Shown: positions 27,395 through 37,196, counted from the stretch's first letter. The stretch is DNA of 64,000 nucleotides from a virus (IMGVR_UViG_3300045450_000131:97228-161227), one strand, 5' to 3'. Numbers and translations are program-made. The notes: a model not told the origin generated them from the letters alone.

Positions 27395-28939
27395 TTAAGA
27401 AATCATGAACGGTATAGGCTCATCTCCATATTCGTCATCATCTGGCTGCACATATTCATTGACTTGCTTAAATGCAGTGTCATCATATTCAGCTAGCCTC
27501 TTTAATAATCTAATTACAATTAAGCATGCAGAAACGTTGTCATCTGTCATGCCAGATTTAGCTTCATAAGTTCCACCACGAGCAACATAATTCTTGAGCT
27601 CTTCTAGAAGCATTGCTGACTTAATAGTCATGCCGCCCTTTATCTTTTCAATTAAGCTCTTAAGTTGTAAGCAAGTCACAATCTTTGTTTTACCAGACGT
27701 AAAGACACCTAGTTTAGTCGGATGATCTGAATATAATTCAGCGTGTTCAGGCTGCTTTTCATCATTTAAGTATAATGCAGCAATTGCCTCACCAATACCA
27801 TTTCGCTCAAATGACCAGATTACATCAGACCTACCTCCATTTTTGGCCGAAGACAGCATGTTGAGAATCCATTTAATCTTTGCGTACATAAGTGGAATTT
27901 GAATATCATTGCTTCGCCACTCTGCAACTTGAATTAAAGATGGGAATTCAAACACTTCAATGGCTGTAAAGTCTTTACCACCACCCGTAGCAGGGTCTAC
28001 GCCAACTAAGTAAGTTTTGCCCTTACCACCAAGTTGTTCTTCGGGCACCCAAAACTTAAATCCCATGTTTTCATGGTTAATAATTTCTTCCTTTAATTGG
28101 ATTAACCGTAAGGAAGAAATGAGTAATGCATCTGACGATAAGAATTCACACCCAACTTCCTGCCTGGTTTGGAGCAGTCCAAGTTGACTCACCATGACAT
28201 CCCAGTATGTCTCATCGCGTTCCGGGTGCTCCTGCCAAAATACTCTAAATGGGGCATATCCGTTCTCACCGGGCTTTCCATCACCTGCTGTATTTGCAGC
28301 TCTCCACAACCCTGCAAATAGTTCAGTGTCGCCGTTAGGGGTAGATGAAATGATTGCTGAGCCACCAGTTGACAAGGTTGGGGTTAAGGAGGACCATAAG
28401 GCTTCTTGAATTCGAGGGTTAATGAACGCCAACTCATCTAGGTAAATCTTTGAGATAGATAAACCTCGGCCAGTTTTTTCGGTAGTTGCTTCAGAGATAA
28501 TGCGAGAGCCGTTGTCAAATTCAATGTTGTGGCGGTTGTAATACTTCAAGCCACACTTAATCCAATTAGGCAATTCCTCGTATGCAAATCGTACACGAGC
28601 AGCAATTTCCAAGGCGTGATTCTGATTCTTGGATGCAATCAAAACTGTAACATCGTCGGTGAATAAACTATACCATAACAAATACATTGCTGCGGTAAGA
28701 GTTTTACCACACTGTCTTGGCTGTAAAGTAATCGTGAATCGATTATCTTGCATGTGACGTACGAATCTCTCTTGGTATTCGAACATCTTGAATGGGATGG
28801 TGCCCTTAGTAGGGTGCTGCACTCTAATGTAGTTACTAATGAAATACACCGCGTCTGTCTTACACCTCCTTAACTCCATGATCATCTCTGGGGTGTATTC
28901 GTCGGTGGCATATGCCTTCTTTAGTTGTGGATTTTTCAT
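27395..28939 (-). CDS. gp17: Terminase large subunit, T4 gp17-like
   Basis: FEYQ, PRQCGKT Walker A, YLDELAF Walker B, STPNG, nuclease GVDPATG.G.D and a C-terminal DD.V. Confidence 0.95.
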   Translation of the reverse strand: MKNPQLKKAYATDEYTPEMIMELRRCKTDAVYFISNYIRVQHPTKGTIPFKMFEYQERFVRHMQDNRFTITLQPRQCGKTLTAAMYLLWYSLFTDDVTVLIASKNQNHALEIAARVRFAYEELPNWIKCGLKYYNRHNIEFDNGSRIISEATTEKTGRGLSISKIYLDELAFINPRIQEALWSSLTPTLSTGGSAIISSTPNGDTELFAGLWRAANTAGDGKPGENGYAPFRVFWQEHPERDETYWDVMVSQLGLLQTRQEVGCEFLSSDALLISSLRLIQLKEEIINHENMGFKFWVPEEQLGGKGKTYLVGVDPATGGGKDFTAIEVFEFPSLIQVAEWRSNDIQIPLMYAKIKWILNMLSSAKNGGRSDVIWSFERNGIGEAIAALYLNDEKQPEHAELYSDHPTKLGVFTSGKTKIVTCLQLKSLIEKIKGGMTIKSAMLLEELKNYVARGGTYEAKSGMTDDNVSACLIVIRLLKRLAEYDDTAFKQVNEYVQPDDDEYGDEPIPFMIS

Positions 28940-29712
28940 TCTGTGAACTCACAATCGCATTCGTGCTTAAATCCAGTTTCGCCGAGAGCATGTTTTAACA
29001 GTGAGCGCGACTGAATTGTAATATGATTCAACTCATAAACCGTAGTTTTAATCTTTTTGAATCCCAAGCCTTTTTCCCACAACTTAAAAAACAGATTTTT
29101 CTTATTACATGCCGTAGATGCAAATAGACTCCTGCAAAAATTATGTGCTGAGGAGTAAAAGATAGCGGATTCTTGTGAGTCATGATTTGAATGCGCGAAA
29201 TCATCTACAAAAAGCACATTAATAGTTTGTCCCCTTAGCGCGTTGCCACTCGCAATAATAAAATATATGTAACTGCTATTTTGAAACTGGATATTATTGT
29301 AGTTCTTTCTAGTAGTTGGCTGTTTCATCCAACTTGGCAAGTTATCATACGCATACCTAATTGCTTCATTTGCATTTCTAGACATTGAGTTATTCGGTGA
29401 AACATATACTACCTTTTGGTTACTTTGAAATAAGGCAACCCATAGCAAGTAAGCCAACCCCGCTGTTGTAGTTCCAGCTTGCCGGCAATTTAGTGATAAT
29501 GTGTTATCATCTCTAAAAGAAGTAATTAGCTCTTCTTGATTTGGACGTAATGTAATACTGCCGCTTGTGCCAGCGGTAATAAAATTATTGACTTTGTAGT
29601 ATGTGTTAATAAAGTAGATCGGGTCTTTTAAGCACTTAATGAGTTCCTCACAATGATACTTTGTGAGCGTGCTCTTAATTTCTACCTGACCTTTGTGAGA
29701 TGAAATCTTCAT
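28936..29712 (-). CDS. Degenerate terminase ATPase-domain paralog, no nuclease domain
   Basis: Colinear with the gp17 N-terminus (ELIKCLKDPIYFINTY vs ELRRCKTDAVYFISNY; LPSWMK vs LPNWIK; LRGQTI..LFVDDFAH vs GRGLSI..IYLDELAF). The Walker A Lys is lost (RQAGTT). Confidence 0.75.
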   Translation of the reverse strand: MKISSHKGQVEIKSTLTKYHCEELIKCLKDPIYFINTYYKVNNFITAGTSGSITLRPNQEELITSFRDDNTLSLNCRQAGTTTAGLAYLLWVALFQSNQKVVYVSPNNSMSRNANEAIRYAYDNLPSWMKQPTTRKNYNNIQFQNSSYIYFIIASGNALRGQTINVLFVDDFAHSNHDSQESAIFYSSAHNFCRSLFASTACNKKNLFFKLWEKGLGFKKIKTTVYELNHITIQSRSLLKHALGETGFKHECDCEFTE

Positions 29713-29740
29713 ATTATTCTCCTAATATGAAGATTATTTA

Positions 29741-30349
29741 CTATTTCCGGGTGATCAATTCTGCGTATTTAAAATCTTCAGTAGGAACCAAAATAATCTT
29801 ATCGCACAGTAATTGAATTTCTGCGCCCATGTCTAAAGCAGTATCTAGCTCATTCATGTGCCATGTTACATCACTCATAAAATAGTCTACTACTTCATAT
29901 CCCTCATCTCGAGAGGCGTATTCCATCTTTTCTCCAATAGCATGCGCGATGTCAAGAGAGTCTTTAACAGGACGGTCTTCACCATTCCAAGTTCCCCATA
30001 ATATTTTAAAGTTACCAACCGGAAACACATAATGTGGTGTTCCATATGGCTTTGCTTTACCAATATCACCTGTGCAATATAAAGCTTCACTTCTAACTTT
30101 AACGTGATAGTTCTTTTCAAACCATTCATCTAGTAACTCATGCACTAACTTAGAACTATCACGAGGCTTACGATCCTTACGAACCGTAGTTGCCTCGATA
30201 GGTTTAAAAATACTGCGTTTAACGGTCGCACCTCGGTATAATGGTCTGCCTCCAGCTTGTTCTAAGAATTGCTCACATTCGGTATGAATGGCCTTTCTAA
30301 CACTGTCCTTATAGGCAAACGATTTAAATGAGGGAAGACCAAAAGCCAT
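29741..30349 (-). CDS. ADP-ribosyltransferase-fold-like paralog A1
   Basis: LYRG / VRKDRKPRD / LYCTGD / YG / FPVGNFK / EIQLLCD shared with the neck-region paralogs. Confidence 0.6.
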   Translation of the reverse strand: MAFGLPSFKSFAYKDSVRKAIHTECEQFLEQAGGRPLYRGATVKRSIFKPIEATTVRKDRKPRDSSKLVHELLDEWFEKNYHVKVRSEALYCTGDIGKAKPYGTPHYVFPVGNFKILWGTWNGEDRPVKDSLDIAHAIGEKMEYASRDEGYEVVDYFMSDVTWHMNELDTALDMGAEIQLLCDKIILVPTEDFKYAELITRK

Positions 30350-30435
30350 TTTACTTTTTCTTTTCTAGGTATATTACCAACTTGTTAGTTAGGTATGTTG
30401 TAAGAGCGCTGGCAACTGCGCCAACGACAATTTTC

Positions 30436-30687
30436 TTAATAATTTGTGTCATCTGTTTCCTTTCTAAATTTTGCCGCAATATTCTCGGCATGGTACTTAG
30501 TAAGGTTCTTAGCCTGATTTGCACGAGCAAGTGTCATCGCGTGCACGGCGCTGGCAAACGTTTCTGCTTCTCTCAACCAAAAATCTAATGGCTTTTCCTT
30601 TAGAAGTTTTCTACCTTGCGTAAATGCAAAATAGCCACCAACTAATCCACCTAAAACTAATAATGCTGACTTAACATTCTTCTTCAT
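30436..30687 (-). CDS. Small membrane-anchored hypothetical protein
   Basis: N-terminal hydrophobic helix ALLVLGGLVGGYFAF. Confidence 0.6.
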   Translation of the reverse strand: MKKNVKSALLVLGGLVGGYFAFTQGRKLLKEKPLDFWLREAETFASAVHAMTLARANQAKNLTKYHAENIAAKFRKETDDTNY

Positions 30688-30707
30688 CGTTTTCTCCTCG
30701 GGTTACA

Positions 30708-31253
30708 TCAAATGTCATTTAAGTTATTTAGAGCCTTTTTAAACTCACGAGAGAACTCCTCATTGAACTTCTTAATTTTAACTTTTCTAGGTGTTTCATA
30801 TGTCCAAACCGGGATTCGATATGCAGTTGCACCTGGATTTGACAACATCAAACTGACGTGCTTTGCCGCAACTTTAGCCGCCATTTGAATGCGCTTCTTG
30901 CCATCACCCTTAATTCCCAGCTCTTTGAATCTTTTTAAGATGTTCTGGCTTACGACTAAGTTCTTGAGGGTGATATAGAGTTGGTTCATGTAGTGATTGC
31001 CATTCATTCCCATCCCACCTGGTCTAAAGGGACCAGGTCGATACCAACCATTGCCTGGGGGAGGCTGGATTGGAGGAGTTGATGGTGATACTTCAGGTGG
31101 AGTTCCGCCATCGGCAGGGCTTCCAGAATCACCCCCACCCATATCTCCACCCCCGCCGCCATCTTCTTCAATCAGCAAGAGTGGCAGTAAGGCATCGTAA
31201 ATCTCTTGCTTAGATTCACTAAGCGTTTCTTCGAATAATTCATTTACTTTCAT
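30708..31253 (-). CDS. Hypothetical protein with MKVNELFEE N-terminus and Gly/Pro-rich linker
   Basis: Start moved to 31253, giving an ATGA overlap with the upstream stop; low-complexity GGGGG and PPP region. Confidence 0.65.
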   Translation of the reverse strand: MKVNELFEETLSESKQEIYDALLPLLLIEEDGGGGGDMGGGDSGSPADGGTPPEVSPSTPPIQPPPGNGWYRPGPFRPGGMGMNGNHYMNQLYITLKNLVVSQNILKRFKELGIKGDGKKRIQMAAKVAAKHVSLMLSNPGATAYRIPVWTYETPRKVKIKKFNEEFSREFKKALNNLNDI

Positions 31254-31990
31254 GCTCGATACCATCCATTCATCTTCTTTTTTAGGTCCTCGGGTGAAAA
31301 GATAGTAGGTGTCAAGTATTTCTCTTTTTCGTTTTTTAACTTGTCTAAGGTGCGTTTACCAACTGGATTAGCAACTGGCTCCTTATAGAATCCTGCAACT
31401 TGCTTATAGATTTGCAAGATAGCTTTATCGTCAAACTCACCAGGGTTATTATTCACTTCCTTGAAGAAACTAAATTTACCTTTGAAGTATTCTTTATTTT
31501 CCTGAGATAAGGCATGTACCTTTTCAATGAATTCCATGTTGACATGACGATCAATTTCCTTGCCTCTAACTTCGGCTCTATTTTTAGCGACATCGAGCGA
31601 GGTATTGACAAATACCATGCCGACATCATAGCCCAACGATTCTAAAATACCAGCTCTACCTAAAATATTTGAAACATCATTTGAGGTACCGTCAACAAAT
31701 AACGGCAGCATGCCATTGACATAATTAGTTAGCATGTCGACGGTCATCGGTCTTGTTTTATCTCGAAAAAAGGTCTTCCAAGTTTGATCATTGGATGGGA
31801 TGTCAAACTTTTTAGATAAGAATTCAGTTGACTTGTCCGTATTAACTACCTTAGGTGAGATAGAGCCACTAAGTTGCTTGACGGTATAGGACTTGCCGGC
31901 ACCCGGAATACCAACGACAAATGTCGCTTTAAGAATGCCAGCGTCCTGTATACCTTCAGATAATAAATAGTCTTTGAATGTTAATTTCAT
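31250..31990 (-). CDS. P-loop nucleotide kinase (zeta-toxin/AAA_33-like) with capsid-targeting-like N-terminus
   Basis: GIPGAGKS Walker A, VNTD, FVDGTS, VFVNTSL.VA..R...R lid; starts MKLTFKDYLLSE. Confidence 0.78.
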   Translation of the reverse strand: MKLTFKDYLLSEGIQDAGILKATFVVGIPGAGKSYTVKQLSGSISPKVVNTDKSTEFLSKKFDIPSNDQTWKTFFRDKTRPMTVDMLTNYVNGMLPLFVDGTSNDVSNILGRAGILESLGYDVGMVFVNTSLDVAKNRAEVRGKEIDRHVNMEFIEKVHALSQENKEYFKGKFSFFKEVNNNPGEFDDKAILQIYKQVAGFYKEPVANPVGKRTLDKLKNEKEKYLTPTIFSPEDLKKKMNGWYRA

Positions 31991-31999
31991 GGAGATAAC

Positions 32000-32794
32000 G
32001 TGTTTTTACAAAACAAATACAGCCGAATTTATTTTGCAATTGTTAATAGGGCTAAGATGTCTATTTATGAGGGATATAGTGAAGAGCATCATATTATACC
32101 TGAATGTATGGGTGGTTTAAGGGGAGATAACTTAGTAAAACTTACAGCGAGAGAGCATTTTATTTGTCATCGGCTTCTTGTAAAAATGACAACTGGCAGA
32201 GATAAGTCAAAAATGGCACTAGCAGTAATTAGACTGTCAAACCCTTCAAAATTTCATTATATGGGAAAGATTACCGGTAAGAAATATGAACATATTAAAA
32301 AGGAATTATCAGAAAGTAAAAAGGGAATTCCTGCTCATCCAAACACTATTAAGGCGCTAAACGAAAATAGGAATAAAAATGGTGGTCCTAATAAAGGAAA
32401 GAAACTATTACCGGAAACTATTAAGAAAATTATAGATGTGCGATCTGGTGTTCCACTGACCGATGAACATAAATCAAAGCTAAGCAAAGCACTAAAAGGT
32501 AAAACGAGAACAGCAGAACAAAAGAAAAATATATCAAACGCATACTTTTCTTCTGTTGCTAAACAAGAAGCTTTAGCAAAAGTTCATGAATCTAAAAGGG
32601 GTAAAGCATTATCCGATGAACATAAGCAATTATTAAGTTCAAAACTAAAAGGAAAAAAGAGAAGTGAAGAAGCGTGTATTGCGATGCGGAAGCCAAGACC
32701 TAAACTTACATGTCCACATTGTAATAAAATAGGTGGCTCCTCTCAAATGAAAAGATACCATTTTGATAATTGCAAATTACGCAGTGAAGATTAG
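32000..32794 (+). mobile_element. Free-standing HNH homing endonuclease with NUMOD3-type repeats
   Basis: EEHHIIPECMGG..NLVKLTAREHFICH.LL; repeated K..ISK.LKGK motifs; C-terminal CPHC zinc finger; opposite strand to the operon. Confidence 0.88.
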
Positions 32795-32796
32795 TG

Positions 32797-33573
32797 TCAT
32801 AGATTTGCCCTGATTTTTTCCCACTGATCTTTCTCGATCATAATACATTTATCTGAAAACCAGACTTCAGAATCTTCGCATTTAAAATTATCAATATCTT
32901 TCAATGTCATGCCAATATTTTCATACGTATATATCTTCTTTAAATCCTTAATTAATTGCGCTGAAACATATTCAAAGTTTTCATCTTTTGGAAATCTAAC
33001 ATTTGCCCTATTTGCAAAACCTCTAACAAATTTCTCTTGATTATCTTTAATTAGGCTTATTAATTCATTAAAATCTGCTGGCTCGCTGAGTATACCATCA
33101 AGATAATGATTTAATCTTGTCAAACCGATTTGATGCAATCCTAAAGATGGTACATCAGCTTTTATATCCCAGATATCATTACTGTTAACACAACCGATCT
33201 TAGAATTGTTAAATGGAAATACTGCGAAAGTTGCACCATCTCTACCATAACTGCGAGCAGTATAATAATTTGTAGAACAGATAAATGACTTGGACCTTTT
33301 TGGGAAATTTGAATTTGCGGGGTTAGAGTCAAAAAGCTTAGTGTAAAAATTTGAAGTATTTTCAGATTGCCTTTCTCCAGACCCTGGATTATAGATGCCA
33401 CTTGAAATTTGTCTTCGAATACCTCGCCAAATTTGGCCACCATCAGCGCTTAAATGAGATTCAACCGCTTGCGAGCAGTGCTCATTTAGCAATTCAAGCA
33501 ATTCGTCAGAATCATTAACTTCTGTTGAATCATATTGCTTAATTTTTGATTCGTGTAATTCACACAGTTTCAC
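32797..33573 (-). CDS. ADP-ribosyltransferase-fold-like paralog B1
   Basis: IWRG / RQSENTSNFY / PKRSKSFICSTN / A.SYG / DSEVWF. Probable GTG start at 33573 (MKLCELHESK) behind AAAGGA. Confidence 0.65.
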   Translation of the reverse strand: MKLCELHESKIKQYDSTEVNDSDELLELLNEHCSQAVESHLSADGGQIWRGIRRQISSGIYNPGSGERQSENTSNFYTKLFDSNPANSNFPKRSKSFICSTNYYTARSYGRDGATFAVFPFNNSKIGCVNSNDIWDIKADVPSLGLHQIGLTRLNHYLDGILSEPADFNELISLIKDNQEKFVRGFANRANVRFPKDENFEYVSAQLIKDLKKIYTYENIGMTLKDIDNFKCEDSEVWFSDKCIMIEKDQWEKIRANL

Positions 33574-34162
33574 TTGAATTCCTTTCTGCTCTCTGTCTTG
33601 CACCACGCTCTTGTGCTGACTTTCTTATATTTGCGAGATGCTCAGGAGAGAACTTTTTGCCTTTATGCGAGTTTGACATTTTTAATTTTGTTTCTGCTGA
33701 TGCAGTCTTTCCAGTCATTATAATGGAATGATGCTTTCTCATCTCCAACACTTTTGCAGAAGTTCTTTGCGATAAACTTATCTTATCTTTTGCTTCTTTT
33801 GATAGTGGGCCTTTTTTAATTCCTTTGTGCGATTCCGACATTTTAGCCCTTACTTCTTCAGATATATTTTTAATGCCTTCACCTCCGTCAGTATGGTTGA
33901 GAAGTGGGCCTTTACCGAGATCATTTCTCCCAATAACATCAATTAAACATTGTTCCATAAAATAAGCGTGATCCTCATTTAATGCTTTTATTATCTCAAT
34001 AGAAGGAGGCGTTCCAAGTCGTATTAATTTTCTGACTCGTCTAGCCATATGTGAATCATCTTTTCTGCTTAGGTGCACATTTGACCTGCCGTCACACCCT
34101 TTGCCAATATAAAATGGCTCACCATTTGGCATCCTATAAATGTATGTGTAGTATTGTTTCAT
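33560..34162 (-). mobile_element. GIY-YIG-type homing endonuclease with NUMOD3 repeats
   Basis: YTYIY....EPFYIGKG...R...H, E..LI..IG, L.NHTDGGEG; repeated KMSESHKG motifs. Confidence 0.85.
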
Positions 34163-34629
34163 TTAAATTCTTTTACTTCGGCATCAACGCTTATCATTCT
34201 GAGAATTTCTTCGCGGGATGCAACTACGACACCCGCTGGATTTTTGTTATTTGCATAAGGCACAAAGGTGTTATTGCGCTTACGATCGCCTTTGACTTTA
34301 GCTCTACTATTTGCCGCATTTAGCGCAATAGCCAAATAGTTTGCTGCAACTTCAGCATTACGGGCAGCATAACGTGGCTCAATAATTTCCGTGTATGCAG
34401 TTTGAGTGTTAAAGGCATTAATTGCGGCGTCATATACATTATCGATCTTTTCATCGATTGCAATGTCTTCCTCATCCTTTTCTGGCGGTTCTTCAGGGTT
34501 TGCCATATTAGCCAATTCGCCCTCAGTAATATTAGCATATTCATCCACTTCATTTTCCTGGTGTGGTGGGGTGTTGAATAACTCATCGAGCGGATTCGTG
34601 ATATTGTGTTTATTAATGTTAGGCTTCAT
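34159..34629 (-). CDS. Putative terminase small subunit (gp16-like)
   Basis: Helical 156 aa with EPR.A....EVA..YL..AL.A and a C-terminal VVASREEILRMI resembling T4-type TerS; weak call. Confidence 0.45.
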   Translation of the reverse strand: MKPNINKHNITNPLDELFNTPPHQENEVDEYANITEGELANMANPEEPPEKDEEDIAIDEKIDNVYDAAINAFNTQTAYTEIIEPRYAARNAEVAANYLAIALNAANSRAKVKGDRKRNNTFVPYANNKNPAGVVVASREEILRMISVDAEVKEFK

Positions 34630-34637
34630 GATATAAA

Positions 34638-35105
34638 TTACCTCTTTCGCTTGTTGTTTTTAAACAACGTCTGTTCAGTGATGACTCTAAATTCAGCACC
34701 TTGCTGTTCCGCAAAGATACTTGCGGCCTTCCACTTTGCTTGATTTACCATAAATGCCTGCTTGTCTCTGTCAGACATTTTAGGGGTAATCACTGATTCT
34801 TTATATGGCTTAATCTCAATGATTTCCTTCTTTACCTGACCACTAGTATCTATGTACTGGATAATAAAGTCAGGGTAGTAGCGTGAAATTACAGGTCGGC
34901 CTTGCGCATCTGTCTTGATTGGATTGACGTATGGAATTGCCAGCTCTTCTGATCCCCATCTTACAACGGCATTATTTTCATCCAACCATTTCATGAATCT
35001 TAATTCCCAACTTGATCTAAAGAAAATTGCGTTGGAATTACCGACGTATTTCTGTGGAAACTTTGGAATAAATCTTCCACGCATGGTGCCTTTTACTGCT
35101 GGCAT
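34638..35105 (-). CDS. gp4: Head completion nuclease, T4 gp4-like
   Basis: G.F.PKFPQKY.G...IFFRSSWE..FM.WLD....V..WGSEE..IPY, YYPDF, EIKP and N.AKW.AA motifs. Confidence 0.9.
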   Translation of the reverse strand: MPAVKGTMRGRFIPKFPQKYVGNSNAIFFRSSWELRFMKWLDENNAVVRWGSEELAIPYVNPIKTDAQGRPVISRYYPDFIIQYIDTSGQVKKEIIEIKPYKESVITPKMSDRDKQAFMVNQAKWKAASIFAEQQGAEFRVITEQTLFKNNKRKR

Positions 35106-35108
35106 ATA

Positions 35109-36425
35109 TTATAATCTTCCAATAAAATCACCGAGAGTGTCAGTGCTTCTAGTAATACTCTCAACTGGAGTTGACCTTCCTTTTGCGGAGTCAAATACGG
35201 TGTTGCCAATTTGAGCTGTGATACCATTTACCGCTTGCCCAATTACATTAGATGCCGCATTAGTGACACCTCCTGCAATATCTCTCGCGGCAGCACCAAC
35301 CAGGCCACCACCAATATTGGAGACTTGAGATGTAATAAGGGATGCAAATCTACCCTTGCCTGCAACTGACTGGATTGCTTTAGTGATTGCGCCAGATGTA
35401 ATTTGCTGAGCGGCTCTACCAGCTTGATTAGATAAAATATTGCCAAAGACGCTACCTGCACCACCGCTATTTCCGCCCCCTCTACCAAACGGGCTCATAT
35501 CAACCGGGGCACCACCAACGCCAGGCACAGTAATGTTATACTGTGGGCCGTCCATCACTGTGAGTGAGCCAACATCCACGATTTCCATCCAATCATAGTC
35601 AAATTGCATCGTCATTAAGTTGACATCAGATGATTCGTGAGATAAGTCATCCAAGTCAAATGACACGATTCTGGCATTAATGAAGTCGAAGATAACTTCC
35701 TTGGTAGCTGCACCAAGTTGTGCGCCAGGGTCAACGAAGATTTGCTTTACTCGAATTGTTTGAATAACGTTTCCGACTGCTGAATCTATAACTCCTCGGA
35801 TTGCATTATCTGTTGCTGAATTTCCAATGCTCGAGAACATCATGCCATTGCCGCTTGAGATGGAGTTTGCATCAGGCAAGGTAGTGGTTCCCTCTCTTAA
35901 TAATTGCCTACGTGTAATTGGTGAGTGCATCATCATCAAACCACGAAAGAAATTTAAAACTCTATTTCCTGTATCGTCCATGAACGTGACTGTTAACTCT
36001 CTATGACGAATCTTTTTTAGCGCCTTAGTTCTGAAGTTGTAAACGTTGACGTCATCATCGTATTCAAAGTCAATTTTTGGTCTATCAACCGCCCTTACCA
36101 TGAAGGTAAAGTCATTACTTCTAGCTCCTCCAAAAACTTCAGGAAATTGCGCTACTGCCTCAGGAGTAAAGATAAATTCTACCTTGAATAAGAACTTTAA
36201 CTTTGGTCTGTAGTTCGTCGCGCCGGCTAGAGCAGCTGCATATGACGTTGCATAAAATGAACCGTCACCCCTATTTGCAGGTGGTACCTCGGTTGATGAT
36301 GTAATTCCAAAGGAAGTGCCTAATGTGTTTCGTGCGAAGGTTTCGACAACGGCGCCAAACCGCGTTGATGCCTCTCTTTCTAGAGCAATTTTTGTGCTGT
36401 CTAAAATTGGTTTAATGCTTGCCAT
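35109..36425 (-). CDS. Tail-tube-like / baseplate-tube junction protein
   Basis: VDRPK..F, TF.DD and L..QF.YD tube-fold motifs with a Gly/Ala-rich C-terminus; adjacent to the tube gene. Confidence 0.6.
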   Translation of the reverse strand: MASIKPILDSTKIALEREASTRFGAVVETFARNTLGTSFGITSSTEVPPANRGDGSFYATSYAAALAGATNYRPKLKFLFKVEFIFTPEAVAQFPEVFGGARSNDFTFMVRAVDRPKIDFEYDDDVNVYNFRTKALKKIRHRELTVTFMDDTGNRVLNFFRGLMMMHSPITRRQLLREGTTTLPDANSISSGNGMMFSSIGNSATDNAIRGVIDSAVGNVIQTIRVKQIFVDPGAQLGAATKEVIFDFINARIVSFDLDDLSHESSDVNLMTMQFDYDWMEIVDVGSLTVMDGPQYNITVPGVGGAPVDMSPFGRGGGNSGGAGSVFGNILSNQAGRAAQQITSGAITKAIQSVAGKGRFASLITSQVSNIGGGLVGAAARDIAGGVTNAASNVIGQAVNGITAQIGNTVFDSAKGRSTPVESITRSTDTLGDFIGRL

Positions 36426-36448
36426 AATATACGCCCTACGTTGAGATG

Positions 36449-36456
36449 TATTTATA
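36449..36456 (-). promoter_or_regulatory. T4-type late promoter TATAAATA
   Basis: Exact consensus about 24 nt upstream of 36425. Confidence 0.7.
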
Positions 36457-36487
36457 ATATGTAAGGACTTAATTTAGAAGCACGCAT

Positions 36488-36512
36488 AAAAATGGCCCGA
36501 AATTGGGCCATA
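36488..36512 (-). terminator. Terminator after the tail tube gene
   Basis: ATGGCCC...GGGCCAT stem followed by TTTTT on the minus strand. Confidence 0.75.
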
Positions 36513-36534
36513 CTTATTAAGGCTATTTTTAACC

Positions 36535-37128
36535 TCAGGTTACATTTCCACCTAACGCAGTTCCGTAACCTGCACCAGATTCGATCTTACGCGCGTGATC
36601 GTAACGGATAGAAACGGTGATCGTTGCGGCTTCAGATGCTGAGTAATCTCTGTCGCCATAATCAGCATTCATTAAAATACAACCTTCAACTACCCATGAA
36701 GAGACAACGCCTTCATCACCGTCTAACTGATCAATCTTCATACCAAACTTATAGTCAGAACCAGTAGCGGCGGTATTTAGCCACCGACCATCTAGGTCTG
36801 AACCGATAATGCGCTGTTGAGTTTCAAGTTGTGATTCAATAACCTTAGTTGCCAATCCAGTAATGTCGTCTTCAAACGTGATGCTGATTGGCTCCCAGCT
36901 ATGCTTACCGGCTACGTAGGCGGTAGAGTTATAACGGTGTAAAGTTACTTCTTCGAATGTCAAGTTAGGCAAGGTCAAAGTCGTAGTTTGCATTGTAAGG
37001 TTACGACTGTTTGTGCCAGGAATAAGTTGACCAATATTCTGGAAAGTAACTCTAAACTTGTTTCTTAAACGTGGATGTAAAATACCAGCGCCTGCACCTG
37101 GTATGCCGAAATTTGCGAGTGTAGCCAC
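36535..37128 (-). CDS. gp19: Tail tube protein, gp19-like
   Basis: P.L..KFRV.F, TLP..TFEE, YVAGKH.WEPISITF.DD and I.VSIRYD motifs; follows the sheath gene. Confidence 0.88.
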   Translation of the reverse strand: MATLANFGIPGAGAGILHPRLRNKFRVTFQNIGQLIPGTNSRNLTMQTTTLTLPNLTFEEVTLHRYNSTAYVAGKHSWEPISITFEDDITGLATKVIESQLETQQRIIGSDLDGRWLNTAATGSDYKFGMKIDQLDGDEGVVSSWVVEGCILMNADYGDRDYSASEAATITVSIRYDHARKIESGAGYGTALGGNVT

Positions 37129-37188
37129 TGTGTTGCTCCTTTGTGATTAATTCACTCTATTGGGATTATGCCAATATATGTTCATGTT

Positions 37189-37196
37189 TATTTATG
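37189..37196 (-). promoter_or_regulatory. Late promoter-like CATAAATA
   Basis: Between the sheath terminator and the tube start. Confidence 0.65.
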
